A stretch of 64,000 nt of DNA, taken from NCBI GenBank assembly GCA_964650255.1, contig CAZYQT010000004.1, forward strand, positions 6,501-70,500. Direction: 5' to 3'. The notes under the pieces are model-generated. The model saw only the letters and a list, made by a program, of their open reading frames with translations, did no database searches and was not told the DNA's origin. The DNA is from an uncultured Candidatus Saccharibacteria bacterium. Lineage in GTDB: Bacteria > Patescibacteriota > Doudnabacteria > UBA920. Of this stretch, positions 46,663 to 56,219 are shown piece by piece (positions within the stretch are counted from its first letter, which is position 1; every line of letters begins with the position of its first letter). A program made the position numbers and the translations under genes.

Positions 46663-48669
46663 ATGGCTGAATTAGAAACACAAGTCGTTAAAATCCAGCT
46701 GGGAGACAATAAACAGGCGACCAGCTATGTTTTTACTATGGCTGAGACTGTGGACAGCTCGCAGGCCGAATTGTATATGATTTGCGAATTGCCTTTGTTT
46801 AACCCTGCTGCAGCTGATGAATGTCAGCGCATTGCCGAAGCTATTGGCGCTTCCCTGCGACGTTCTTACCGCAGACCAGCTTCTGCGAATACCTTTGAAA
46901 ATGCCCTAACAGACATTAACGAAGAATTAGGTAAATTGCAGAACTTGGGCAAAACCCACTGGCTAGGAAAACTAAATGCGGTTATTGCAGTAAAATCAAA
47001 AAATAAATTATCTGTTACATCGGTTGGGAAAATTACTGCGCTCCTCCACCGTGACGGCAACTTCGCACCAGTAGCTGAGCCGAGCACGCCGCATCATCCT
47101 TTAAAAACTTTTGAAAACTTTTCTGAAGGCAAAATTCGTTTGGGTGATTTACTTGTGTTGTCGACTTCGCAATTGTTTAATCATATTTCGATTGATCGTT
47201 TCAAAAATATTTTGAAGCGGAACGATCTACCCGACACTGCTCAAGAAGTCATTGCCACTCTACAAGATGTAATGGGACCGGAAGCTGCTTGCGGCACAAT
47301 TCTTGCCAAACAAGTTGCGGCCGGCAGCCTTGACCCACAAGAAGAAACTGACCTTGGTGCTTACATGGCTGCGCCAAAAGTTATCTCCCGTAGTCAAGGG
47401 TCTGACTGGCTTGATAAATTAAAAGACGTTAGCTCGACTGCGGCTGTAATTGGTAAAAATGCCGGAGCGAGCTTAAAGCAAAAAATTAAATCGCGCCCCA
47501 AGCTAGCCGATGTTGTTAATAAGCGCGACGGCGCGCTACAAGTAGTCCAAAGCCAATTCAAAAAGGTGGGCAAAAGTTTACAGCCCGAAACAATAAAAGG
47601 TTATAGCAAGCAAAAGAAAATCTTTATGATTGCTGCTGCTATTTTATTAGTCGCCGTAATTGCTAACATTGGAGTGGCGAAATACTTAGGTAGCAAAACC
47701 AAAACTGTTACTTTGGCAAATGACAAGATTGCTTCTTTAGAAAAATTGCTGACCGATGCCGACTCTGCCCTGCTATACAAAGATGAGTCTCAAGCAGAGC
47801 GACTGCTGACCGATTTAGAAAATCAATTAAGCAGCTTAGGTGAAATAGATAAAGAGCAACAAGGTAAAATTGATGAGATAAAAACCAAAGCCACCGCTCT
47901 CCGAAACAAGCTAAGTGGTGTTGAGGAAGCCAAAGTTGAGACTCTTGGCACGCTCAGTAACAGCAATAATTTAATTGCCTTACCAACATATTTTGCCACC
48001 GAGTCTGGTCGCACAGTTACTAGTTTTAACCGCTCTACCAAGAGCATTTCCAATGATACTCTTCGTTCTAGTGAATCAATTGTATTAAGTGCATTCGTCA
48101 AAGACAACCAAGCGGTAATATTCAATGGCGATGAACTACAGCTTTGGGATTTTAAAACCGGGATTGTCGGTGGATCTTTTTCTGACAATGTCCCTTCTGC
48201 AGAAAACGCTCGCGGTCTAACTGTTTACAATAATAAAGCCTACCTATTAGATCGCGCCGGTAAAAAGGTGATGAAATACACTGTTGGCGATAGTAGCTTT
48301 AGTCAGCCAACTGCCTCTCTGGAGAATGTTTCGGAAATTAGTAAGGCTTCGGACATGGCAATTGATGGCAATATTTATATTGCTGGCAATGGCACGATTG
48401 TTAAATACAACTCTGGCACTAAGCAAGAATTTAATCTTGGCTTAAGCAATTTGCCGGATAACACCAAACTTTACACTGAAAATAGTTTTACCAACCTTTA
48501 TGTATTAGATCCAGCTGGCAAGCGAGTGGTAGTACTCAGTAAAGACGGCGCAGTTGTTCGCACTTTAAACAGCAGCCGGTTTAACGATCTAAAAGACTTT
48601 TACGTTGATGAAAAAGGGAAAGCTGTTTACGTGCTGAATAATAATCAGTTATTAAAGGTTAGTTTGTAA
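46663..48669 (+). CDS. Bitopic protein: PP2C-like cytoplasmic domain, TM, coiled coil, beta-propeller
   Basis: GDLLVLST (PP2C-fold strand lacking DG), single TM near aa 320, NHL-like repeats (AYLLD, IDGNIY, LYVLDP). Confidence 0.6.
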   Translation: MAELETQVVKIQLGDNKQATSYVFTMAETVDSSQAELYMICELPLFNPAAADECQRIAEAIGASLRRSYRRPASANTFENALTDINEELGKLQNLGKTHWLGKLNAVIAVKSKNKLSVTSVGKITALLHRDGNFAPVAEPSTPHHPLKTFENFSEGKIRLGDLLVLSTSQLFNHISIDRFKNILKRNDLPDTAQEVIATLQDVMGPEAACGTILAKQVAAGSLDPQEETDLGAYMAAPKVISRSQGSDWLDKLKDVSSTAAVIGKNAGASLKQKIKSRPKLADVVNKRDGALQVVQSQFKKVGKSLQPETIKGYSKQKKIFMIAAAILLVAVIANIGVAKYLGSKTKTVTLANDKIASLEKLLTDADSALLYKDESQAERLLTDLENQLSSLGEIDKEQQGKIDEIKTKATALRNKLSGVEEAKVETLGTLSNSNNLIALPTYFATESGRTVTSFNRSTKSISNDTLRSSESIVLSAFVKDNQAVIFNGDELQLWDFKTGIVGGSFSDNVPSAENARGLTVYNNKAYLLDRAGKKVMKYTVGDSSFSQPTASLENVSEISKASDMAIDGNIYIAGNGTIVKYNSGTKQEFNLGLSNLPDNTKLYTENSFTNLYVLDPAGKRVVVLSKDGAVVRTLNSSRFNDLKDFYVDEKGKAVYVLNNNQLLKVSL

Positions 48670-48728
48670 AATTAAAAGACCCTCAATCGAGGGTCTTTTT
48701 TAAATCAGAATTATTTCTGAAGGTGTAG

Positions 48729-49148
48729 TTACTTAAGAGTAACGGTACCGCCAGCTTCTTCCAATTTCTTCTTCAATTCTTCAGCTTCAGCTTTAGGAGC
48801 GCCTTCCTTGATTGCTTTAGGAGCGCCATCTACGATGTCTTTAGCTTCCTTAAGACCAAGGCCAGTTACTTCGCGAACAACTTTAATCACATTGATCTTG
48901 TTGTCGCCAGCTGCTGTAAGTTCAACAGTGAATTCATCTTTTTCTTCAGCTGCTGCGCCACCGGCTGCAGGTGCTGCACCAGCCATCATCATAGGAGCGG
49001 CTGCGCTAACACCAAATTTATCTTCTAATACTTTTACTAGTTCTGAAAGTTCTAGAACAGAAAGCTTTTCAATAGAGCTTACTAGATCTGCAAACTTTGC
49101 AGGAACACTAACTTTTTCTTCGGCTTTTGTAGTTTCTTCGTCTGCCAT
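48729..49148 (-). CDS. rplL: 50S ribosomal protein L7/L12
   Basis: [24 protein letters not shown]. Confidence 0.98.
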   Translation of the reverse strand: MADEETTKAEEKVSVPAKFADLVSSIEKLSVLELSELVKVLEDKFGVSAAAPMMMAGAAPAAGGAAAEEKDEFTVELTAAGDNKINVIKVVREVTGLGLKEAKDIVDGAPKAIKEGAPKAEAEELKKKLEEAGGTVTLK

Positions 49149-49168
49149 GTGTTTGAATAGTTAATTAA

Positions 49169-49681
49169 TTATTTTTGTGCGACTGCGTTCAAGACGTTAA
49201 TCAATGAACGGAGGTTGCCGGCCATCACATTAACGAAGCCAGATACTGGAGCGTTAATTGTACCGACCAATTTCGCACGGAGTTCATCTTTACTCGGAAG
49301 ATCAGCGAGAGCCATCATTTGCTCTTTGGAAGCAAAGCTGCCATCTAAAACTCCGGAAAGAATGCCAACAGTTTTGACTTCTTTACCAAATGTTTTGATG
49401 ATGCGAGCTGGAGCTACTTCATCTTCAGAGAAAGATACGATTACTGGAACTTTGTAGTCAAGATCCGTAGCATCAATACTAGCAGCTTCAAAAGCTTTCT
49501 TAATTAGAGGGCTCTTGTAAACTTTAGTTTGAATTCCTTCGGCAGAAAGTGCGCGACGGAATTTATCCATATCTTTTACGGTTGTACCGCGATATTCAGA
49601 CAAGACTACTGACTTAGCGCCTTTAAGGCGATCTGACAATTCCTGAAAATCGATTTCTTTTTGTGAACGTGTTTTTGCCAT
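49169..49681 (-). CDS. rplJ: 50S ribosomal protein L10
   Basis: EYRG, LADLPSKDELRAKL; upstream of rplL. Confidence 0.96.
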   Translation of the reverse strand: MAKTRSQKEIDFQELSDRLKGAKSVVLSEYRGTTVKDMDKFRRALSAEGIQTKVYKSPLIKKAFEAASIDATDLDYKVPVIVSFSEDEVAPARIIKTFGKEVKTVGILSGVLDGSFASKEQMMALADLPSKDELRAKLVGTINAPVSGFVNVMAGNLRSLINVLNAVAQK

Positions 49682-49759
49682 ATTTTAAATATGTTTCTTT
49701 GTGCGACCTCGCATAAAACGAGGAATTCGACCTTTATTAATGGCTACTATCCAGTGTTG

Positions 49760-49912
49760 AGAAAAAATAAAAGCTCGGTTTCCCGAGTACAAAATTGCGC
49801 TCTCCAAAAGGAGGCGGTTGTTGTTCCTCGGCGGGCCGCTGGGCTAGAAAGTCCAACATTTAAGGCCATTTTCTTGCGAATTTAGCCGCCAACTGTCTTG
49901 GGATATGTAGTT
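49760..49912 (-). promoter_or_regulatory. Ribosomal protein L10 leader
   Basis: Minus strand CCCAAGACAG..GGCGG...UUAAA...CCGCCGAGG followed by CUCGG-GAAA-CCGAG-CUUUU; TGCTATAAT upstream. Confidence 0.8.
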
Positions 49913-50022
49913 AATTGAATTATAGCATATTGACAGAAATAGTCAAATATAGTAGATTATTGAAACTAAAATACAAATCCGTTACTTAAATTTATTATGA
50001 TGCAAAGGCAAAAGGAGGGCCT

Positions 50023-50307
50023 ATGTCAAAGATTGTTTTAGGACTCGGGCATAAGCCCGGAAAGAGATACAACTTCACTAGAGATGCGGAGCCACTCGAA
50101 ATGTACCAAACCGCACAGGTGGGACAATTCGTGGAGCTAACCAATGAAATTGAAGGCTGGATCGAGAGGATCACCCTTAGCGAAAATCGAGATGTAAAAT
50201 ACATTTTCATCTCTGCGAATAACAAAGAAGAGTTCGAAAAAATTCTCCAAGCAGATTCGCGTTGGGTATTACGAGATAATCCGATCGTCGAAGCTGGCGA
50301 AGACTAG
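50023..50307 (+). CDS. ORFan
   Basis: TTGACA-17-TAGATT promoter, AAGGAGG SD, terminator at about 50331-50362. Confidence 0.65.
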   Translation: MSKIVLGLGHKPGKRYNFTRDAEPLEMYQTAQVGQFVELTNEIEGWIERITLSENRDVKYIFISANNKEEFEKILQADSRWVLRDNPIVEAGED

Positions 50308-50360
50308 CTTCTTAACAACAATCCAAACGAAAATCCGCGTCTAAAATCAGACGCGGATTT

Positions 50361-51440
50361 TTAATATACCTGATTTCTTATTACCGCCATTAATTTACCC
50401 ATATCATCACCTTTAACAGTTTGGTGGACATCATTCCGAAGATAATCGAACCTCGCTTGGCGATCTTTCTCATTCTTTTCGCTCTGTATCGTTGTCATTT
50501 TCATATGCCAATCTTCATTCTGAGAAATAAGCTTCATGACCATGTTGAATCTCATTTTCAAAAACATCATATAATTTTGACGGTAAATTTCTGAAGCAGC
50601 CGGATCCTTTTCTTTAAAATACCTATAAAAAGTGTCGGCTTGTTTTTCCATCTGATACAAAATCCGATACCAAATTTTATTACTCGTTAGATTTGTCTTT
50701 TTAAGAAGCTCATTTTTTTCGGTTGATGTTGTGGCAGAATTAAAATTGTCTCGCCACATTTTCCAGCCTTCAATCATCTCCATCAACTCTTCTGGTTTGG
50801 CATTAATAATATAGCGAGGAATCTTCACTGCACCCATAATTGGCAACCGAGTCCCATCTAGACCATCATTGGCTTCTCGATAATATTTAATTTCTGTAAG
50901 CGACTGAGTCTTAAATCTCTCATATAAATCTCTGAACTTTTTGCGATGTCCACTTTTACTAATGGTAACATCGACCCCAACCGCAAAATTCCCTGGTTTA
51001 GCCTCTGGGTTCTTTTGCTGGGGAAATTCTAGAACTAAATCAATTTTTCGCATGATATCATCAAAATCAGATGTTGATTGCGCCCTAATCTCTCCCCGCT
51101 TCATCCCGAAACCGCGAGACAAAATTGTATGGTCAGAACATATCGCTTCGAATTCTCTGGCTAAAATATCCAATTTCTTTTGAGTTTCGCGCTCCTCGTC
51201 TGTCATCTCAGACGCCTGTAAAGCTCTAGCGAAGTCTAATTTCCTTCCCTCAACCTTTTTCTTATCAAACTCTATTACGCTTGAATCATAAACATTTGCG
51301 AACTCGTCTTCATCAATCTGATTGCGCTCAACGTTGGGGGTAATATATTGATCAGAAAAAGACTCCAGGTCTTCTAAAGACAAGGTTTTATGTTCAGGAC
51401 CGACTCTAAAAAATTCTTCACTATGTACTCTTCTCATCAT
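50361..51440 (-). CDS. Hypothetical protein with possible PD-(D/E)xK-like core
   Basis: TSDFDD...IDLVLEF...AVGVDVT; ATGA overlap with upstream gene. Confidence 0.55.
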   Translation of the reverse strand: MMRRVHSEEFFRVGPEHKTLSLEDLESFSDQYITPNVERNQIDEDEFANVYDSSVIEFDKKKVEGRKLDFARALQASEMTDEERETQKKLDILAREFEAICSDHTILSRGFGMKRGEIRAQSTSDFDDIMRKIDLVLEFPQQKNPEAKPGNFAVGVDVTISKSGHRKKFRDLYERFKTQSLTEIKYYREANDGLDGTRLPIMGAVKIPRYIINAKPEELMEMIEGWKMWRDNFNSATTSTEKNELLKKTNLTSNKIWYRILYQMEKQADTFYRYFKEKDPAASEIYRQNYMMFLKMRFNMVMKLISQNEDWHMKMTTIQSEKNEKDRQARFDYLRNDVHQTVKGDDMGKLMAVIRNQVY

Positions 51441-52018
51441 CCAGTTATAAATTTAGGAATATAATTCAACATAGCCACAAACTCACGCCAGTAATAAAAT
51501 CGTAGTTCACCGCGACGATAATAGCCAGAACTGGGAGCGCTCCAATATACATCATCAAATCCTGCTCGCTTGGCCATCAATACACCGCGAGCCAAATGAA
51601 ACGCATCGCTTACGATAATAATCGAATCATGAGCTTTCCCCTCTTCTACTAATTTAGCCTTTGAGTTCTTAATATTCTCATAAGTATTATGCGAGTCTTG
51701 CTCTAAAATATAATCTACCTTTTCTTTAGCGTTCTTCTTGATTACTTTCTCCATATACTGAGCTTCTGAAATGTCGGCGTCAGAAATCTTGCCGCCGGAC
51801 AGAACCATGACGTCTACATTGTCTTGCTCGTAAAGCCCCAACCCTTCCATTGTTCTATTTGTTAAAGCAGGAGTGTTAATGGCCGCGCCCAATATAATGA
51901 CCGCATCGGCATGTTTTATTTCTGGACGAACGTGAGCAATTCCCCACACCAAAGCCACGTCTGCTACAACCAGCAAACCTAAAAATATACCAACGGAGAT
52001 TAAAATTTTCTTGATCAT
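51437..52018 (-). CDS. YdcF/ElyC/SanA (DUF218) family protein
   Basis: IILGA, LSGG, SEA, SHNTYEN, SDAFHLAR, RE. Confidence 0.9.
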   Translation of the reverse strand: MIKKILISVGIFLGLLVVADVALVWGIAHVRPEIKHADAVIILGAAINTPALTNRTMEGLGLYEQDNVDVMVLSGGKISDADISEAQYMEKVIKKNAKEKVDYILEQDSHNTYENIKNSKAKLVEEGKAHDSIIIVSDAFHLARGVLMAKRAGFDDVYWSAPSSGYYRRGELRFYYWREFVAMLNYIPKFITG

Positions 52019-52371
52019 TTTTTATGAGATTCTTTGAGCAGCTTTTTTAAAGCTCTGACAGGGGAGAAGTAATAGCGAAATTTTTCAATATCAATTTTGA
52101 GATCTTTGCTCACCACAACGCCTTCATTTTCTAAAAATTTTTTCTGAGCTAGGGGAGTGGACATTACATTTCCTTTAATACTAATGTAGCCAGCGTTGTT
52201 TATCACCCGCCACCACGGAACGGAATTGTTGCCATCTAAAGTATGCAGCATCCAGCCGACTTGGCGGGCCGCCCTGGGCGAGCCGCATTCTGCTGCCACC
52301 TGGCCATAACTAACCACTTTTCCTTTCGGCACCTTCCCCACCACCTGCATGACCTTATCCTTGAAATTCAT
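52015..52371 (-). CDS. Alkyltransferase-like (ATL) protein, MGMT family
   Basis: GKVVSYGQVA, ARQVG, PWWRV with Trp in place of the catalytic Cys of PCHRV. Confidence 0.9.
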   Translation of the reverse strand: MNFKDKVMQVVGKVPKGKVVSYGQVAAECGSPRAARQVGWMLHTLDGNNSVPWWRVINNAGYISIKGNVMSTPLAQKKFLENEGVVVSKDLKIDIEKFRYYFSPVRALKKLLKESHKK

Positions 52372-52412
52372 ATACCTTTATTATATAATACTTGCATTAG
52401 TAAAAGAAATTT

Positions 52413-52931
52413 ATGGGATTCAAACATGTACCTTACGGCAGCCTAGAAGAATTTAACGTGATCGTAGAAATTCCACAAGGCAGCCAAGATAAATACGAAT
52501 ATCGCGAAGACCTAGACTTAATTGAACTAGATCGCGTGCTTTTCACTGCCCAGCGCTACCCTTGTAACTATGGATTCATTCCGCAGACTCGGGCTGAAGA
52601 TGGTGATCATTCTGATGTATTGCTTTTCTCAACAAACCCATTCTTCCACGGAGCAATGGTTAATGCCCGCGCTATTGGCTTTATGAAAATGGATGACAGT
52701 GGTGAAGTTGATGATAAAATTTTAGCAGTGCCTGTGCACGATGCACGGTTCGCTCACGTTAAATCACTTGAAGACCTACCAGACCATTCACCAAAAGAAA
52801 TTGCCAACTTCTTTGAGACCTATAAATTGCTACAGAACAAGGAAGTAAAAGTAACTGGATTTGAACCGAAGGAAAAAGCTTTGGAATATATTCAAAAGAC
52901 ACTGGACATTTACGCAAACGAGAAGAAATAG
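52413..52931 (+). CDS. ppa: Family I inorganic pyrophosphatase
   Basis: EIP...KYE, DRVL, NYGFIPQT, DGDHSD, DDKI, FFETYK. Confidence 0.96.
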   Translation: MGFKHVPYGSLEEFNVIVEIPQGSQDKYEYREDLDLIELDRVLFTAQRYPCNYGFIPQTRAEDGDHSDVLLFSTNPFFHGAMVNARAIGFMKMDDSGEVDDKILAVPVHDARFAHVKSLEDLPDHSPKEIANFFETYKLLQNKEVKVTGFEPKEKALEYIQKTLDIYANEKK

Positions 52932-52957
52932 AAAAAACCGCCAGATGGCGGTTTTTT
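52932..52957. terminator. Bidirectional intrinsic terminator
   Basis: AAAAAACCGCCA-GA-TGGCGGTTTTTT. Confidence 0.85.
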
Positions 52958-52969
52958 ATTTAAAATATT

Positions 52970-53629
52970 TTACTTAATCGAGCTTAAACACTGTTGTTTC
53001 TCAACTCCAGAGAGAGAATTGCAAACTTGGGCGCGAATGGCTGCCTGTTGGTCTGCAGGGCTTAACGGGCTTGCCGCACCTGACCCCGCTGCGGCTCCCG
53101 CAGAGAAGTTTGGCAACTCATTGAAAGTCACCCCGCTTGGTAATTCAAACTTACTACCATCTATAGTCCAACCCTCACATTTAAAATCATGATTTTCTTC
53201 TAGGCTGGCTTGTTGCTGTGAGTTGGCATTGGTGTTAGCAACTGCCGCATTTGGATCAAATGCCATTTTAATGGCCATCTTGCCATCATCACTCCACATA
53301 TAAGTAGTGTTGCCCATGTTAATCATATGACTTTGACCAGACATAGAACTAGCGGTAAAATCTCCGCGCATCTTGCCATCGCCAACATAGATAGTGCCTT
53401 CAGAAGTAGCGCCGCTTTCGCCCTGCACTGAATATGTACACTTTTGACTCTTCCCTGCTGCGATCAACGACTTAATCGAGCCGCTTTCTGTGCTTGAACT
53501 ACTTGCTTGGGAAGCTGTTTCGGAATTGGAAGCCACCTCCGCTTTTTGACCCTTGTTGCGAGTCACAAGGAAAACACCGGCGACTATAACAATCACCACG
53601 ATAATCCCTGTAATAATTTTACTGTTCAT
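52970..53629 (-). CDS. Membrane-anchored exported protein
   Basis: N-terminal TM, beta-rich domain, two probable disulfides. Confidence 0.65.
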   Translation of the reverse strand: MNSKIITGIIVVIVIVAGVFLVTRNKGQKAEVASNSETASQASSSSTESGSIKSLIAAGKSQKCTYSVQGESGATSEGTIYVGDGKMRGDFTASSMSGQSHMINMGNTTYMWSDDGKMAIKMAFDPNAAVANTNANSQQQASLEENHDFKCEGWTIDGSKFELPSGVTFNELPNFSAGAAAGSGAASPLSPADQQAAIRAQVCNSLSGVEKQQCLSSIK

Positions 53630-53703
53630 TGTTTTGATGAATTACTAATCTTGGCTCCAGTATAACAAAAAATCGCCGCGAGGGCGATTTTTAAAACAGT
53701 CGA

Positions 53704-56169
53704 CTAAATAACCAAGTTAACAATTCTCCCCTTTACATAGATGAACTGTTTTGGTTGTTGCCCAAGCAAGTGCTTAGTGACTGTTTCGTTGCTCAAAACC
53801 AATTCTTTCAATTCATCCTCGGAGATGTCTGGGCTCACTTCAACATCGGTGCGGCGCTTGCCGTTAATTTGCACTGGTAAAGTAATGACTTCTTCTTTTA
53901 CTAATTCCTCATTAAACTTTGGCCACTGGGAAATATGGATTGACTCTTCCCCACCCATTTGTTGCCACAACTCTTCAGTCATGTGTGGGGCGAATGGAGC
54001 AAGCAGAGAAATGAATAATTTAAAATCAGCGACACTAACTGGTAGTTCTTGAATTTCATTCAAGCACATCATCATTTTTGAAACTGCAGTGTTGAATTTA
54101 AAACTTTCAATGTCTTCACCCACTTTTTTGATAGCTTTATGAATTGATGCCACTGCGTTTGCATCTGACTCACTCACCTGTTCCTTAACAACTCTTTCTG
54201 CCAAGCGCCAAACGCGTTCTAAGAAACGACGACTGCCCATAAGATCATTGTCATTCCAAGGAGCTGGTTTTTCGAATGGTCCAATAAACATTTCGTACAA
54301 ACGGAATGCATCTGCGCCTGCGGCTTCAACCACTTCTTCTGGCGAACGGCTATTGCCTTTGCGCTTGGAAATTTTTGTACCATCAGAAGCTAAAATATAA
54401 CCCAAAAATTCCAGGCGCTCAAAAGGTTCAGGGAAATCTATCATGCCAGCGTCTTGCATCACTTTATGCCAAAATCTCCCATAAATAAGGTGAGCCACGG
54501 CATGGTCTGCACCGCTATAAACGTTCACTGGGCCCCAATAGTTCGCTGACTCCTTAGAAAATGGCTCCTGGGAGTTCTGAGGGTCCATGTAGCGCAGCCA
54601 GTACCAAGATGATCCTGCCCACTGCGGCATAGTGTTAGTTTCGCGACGTACTGGAATCCAATCTACATCTTCAGCACCAGCCACGTATGCAGTTTTGACT
54701 TCGCCTGTTGTTGGATTAATTTGCGCATTCACCCACTGCGGGATTCCCGCTAAAGGTCCTTCAATATTTCCGGTTGGCTGATAGCTTTCCACTTTAGGTA
54801 GCTGCATGCTCTTCAAAAATTCTGGAATAACCGGCACTGCAAAAAATTCTTCCAGCTCACTAGACCCTTCTGTATCTTCTTTGTAAGTCACTGGTTCTTT
54901 GGGTAACCAATCTTTTGCTGGACCGGATGCAATTTTTTCGTAAGCCTCTTTCCCCTGCACCCAAACAATTGGGAAAGGTTCACCCCAAAAACGCTGACGA
55001 GAAAATACCCAATCACGAATTTTGTAACGCTTCTTGGCGCTTGCTCCAACCAACTTAGCCGCAGCATCAATTTGCATTGGCTCAAAAGGTTCCACAGCCC
55101 AACCCATAACTGCAGCCATTTCTTTATCGCGTTCATCTAAATGGGGAACAGCCATAATCGCACCTGTGCCATAACTATTCAAAACATAATCAGCTACCAC
55201 AATTGGGATTTGCTGGTTAGTCACCAAGTTAGTTGCTGTAACACCATCAATTACAACTCCTGTTTTTTGATTCAAAGTTTGGCGATCAAGTTCAGTTTTC
55301 TGTTTGGACTGTTCAATGTAATCTTCGACTTCTTTAACATTGCTAGCGTGAGCAAGTAGTTGCTGCACCAATTCATTTTCTGGAGCAAGCGCCAAGAAAG
55401 TAGCACCGGGAAGAGTTTCAATCTTAGTTGTGTAAACTGGAATACTAATCCCCGCGCTTGTTGCAAATTCAAACTCATGTCCTTCACTCCGGCCGATCCA
55501 CTGTCGCTGCGCATTCTTAACTTTCTCTGGCCACTTTGGAAGGAGTTCTAAATCATCAACTAAACGATCCGCATACTCAGTAATTTTTAGCACCCACTGA
55601 CGCATTGGCGTTTGGATAACCGGATAACCACCGCGCTCACTCTTACCATTAACGATATCTTCATTGGCAAGCACAGTACCCAAGTCTGGACACCAGTTCA
55701 CAGTTGTAATTTGATTGACCGCTAATCCCCTTCGGAAAAATTCCAAAAAGATACGCTGGGTGTGTTTGTAATATTCCGGATCAGTAGTGTTAATTTCGCG
55801 AGACCAATCATAACTAATGCCAAGCATTTTTAGCTGGCGTTTAAAGGTCGTGATATTTCGCTCAACAGTTACACTCGGATACTCTTTATTTTCGATCGCA
55901 GTTTCTTCTGCAGGCAAGCCAAAAGCATCCCACCCCATTGGATGGAGCACGTCATAGCCTTGCATGCGCTTCATGCGCGAGTAAACATCGGTGGCAACGT
56001 AACCGCGCGGATGCCCAACGTGCATAGAGCTACCTGATGGGTAAGGGAACATGTCGGCAACGTAAGCGCGAGGCTTGTCGGCCGTATCAAAATTATCGAC
56101 TTCGTAAATACGGTCGGATTCCCACTTTTCCTGCCATTTTTGCTCAAATTTTTTGGGTTCGAATTTCAT
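53704..56169 (-). CDS. leuS: Leucine--tRNA ligase
   Basis: MFPYPSG, HVGH, GWDAFGLPAE, DWVFSRQRFWG, KISKR as KMSKS variant. Confidence 0.97.
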   Translation of the reverse strand: MKFEPKKFEQKWQEKWESDRIYEVDNFDTADKPRAYVADMFPYPSGSSMHVGHPRGYVATDVYSRMKRMQGYDVLHPMGWDAFGLPAEETAIENKEYPSVTVERNITTFKRQLKMLGISYDWSREINTTDPEYYKHTQRIFLEFFRRGLAVNQITTVNWCPDLGTVLANEDIVNGKSERGGYPVIQTPMRQWVLKITEYADRLVDDLELLPKWPEKVKNAQRQWIGRSEGHEFEFATSAGISIPVYTTKIETLPGATFLALAPENELVQQLLAHASNVKEVEDYIEQSKQKTELDRQTLNQKTGVVIDGVTATNLVTNQQIPIVVADYVLNSYGTGAIMAVPHLDERDKEMAAVMGWAVEPFEPMQIDAAAKLVGASAKKRYKIRDWVFSRQRFWGEPFPIVWVQGKEAYEKIASGPAKDWLPKEPVTYKEDTEGSSELEEFFAVPVIPEFLKSMQLPKVESYQPTGNIEGPLAGIPQWVNAQINPTTGEVKTAYVAGAEDVDWIPVRRETNTMPQWAGSSWYWLRYMDPQNSQEPFSKESANYWGPVNVYSGADHAVAHLIYGRFWHKVMQDAGMIDFPEPFERLEFLGYILASDGTKISKRKGNSRSPEEVVEAAGADAFRLYEMFIGPFEKPAPWNDNDLMGSRRFLERVWRLAERVVKEQVSESDANAVASIHKAIKKVGEDIESFKFNTAVSKMMMCLNEIQELPVSVADFKLFISLLAPFAPHMTEELWQQMGGEESIHISQWPKFNEELVKEEVITLPVQINGKRRTDVEVSPDISEDELKELVLSNETVTKHLLGQQPKQFIYVKGRIVNLVI

Positions 56170-56219
56170 ATTACCTAAGGATTATAGCAAAAACTCGCCT
56201 TGGCGGCGAGTTTTATTGT

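Noticed and set aside
49691-49885. 64-aa ORF upstream of rplJ
   Set aside because: Antisense to the L10 leader RNA
56170-56219. T-boxes upstream of leuS (and cysS at 12491-12534)
   Set aside because: Gaps hold only a terminator and a -10 element; no K-turn or UGGNACC
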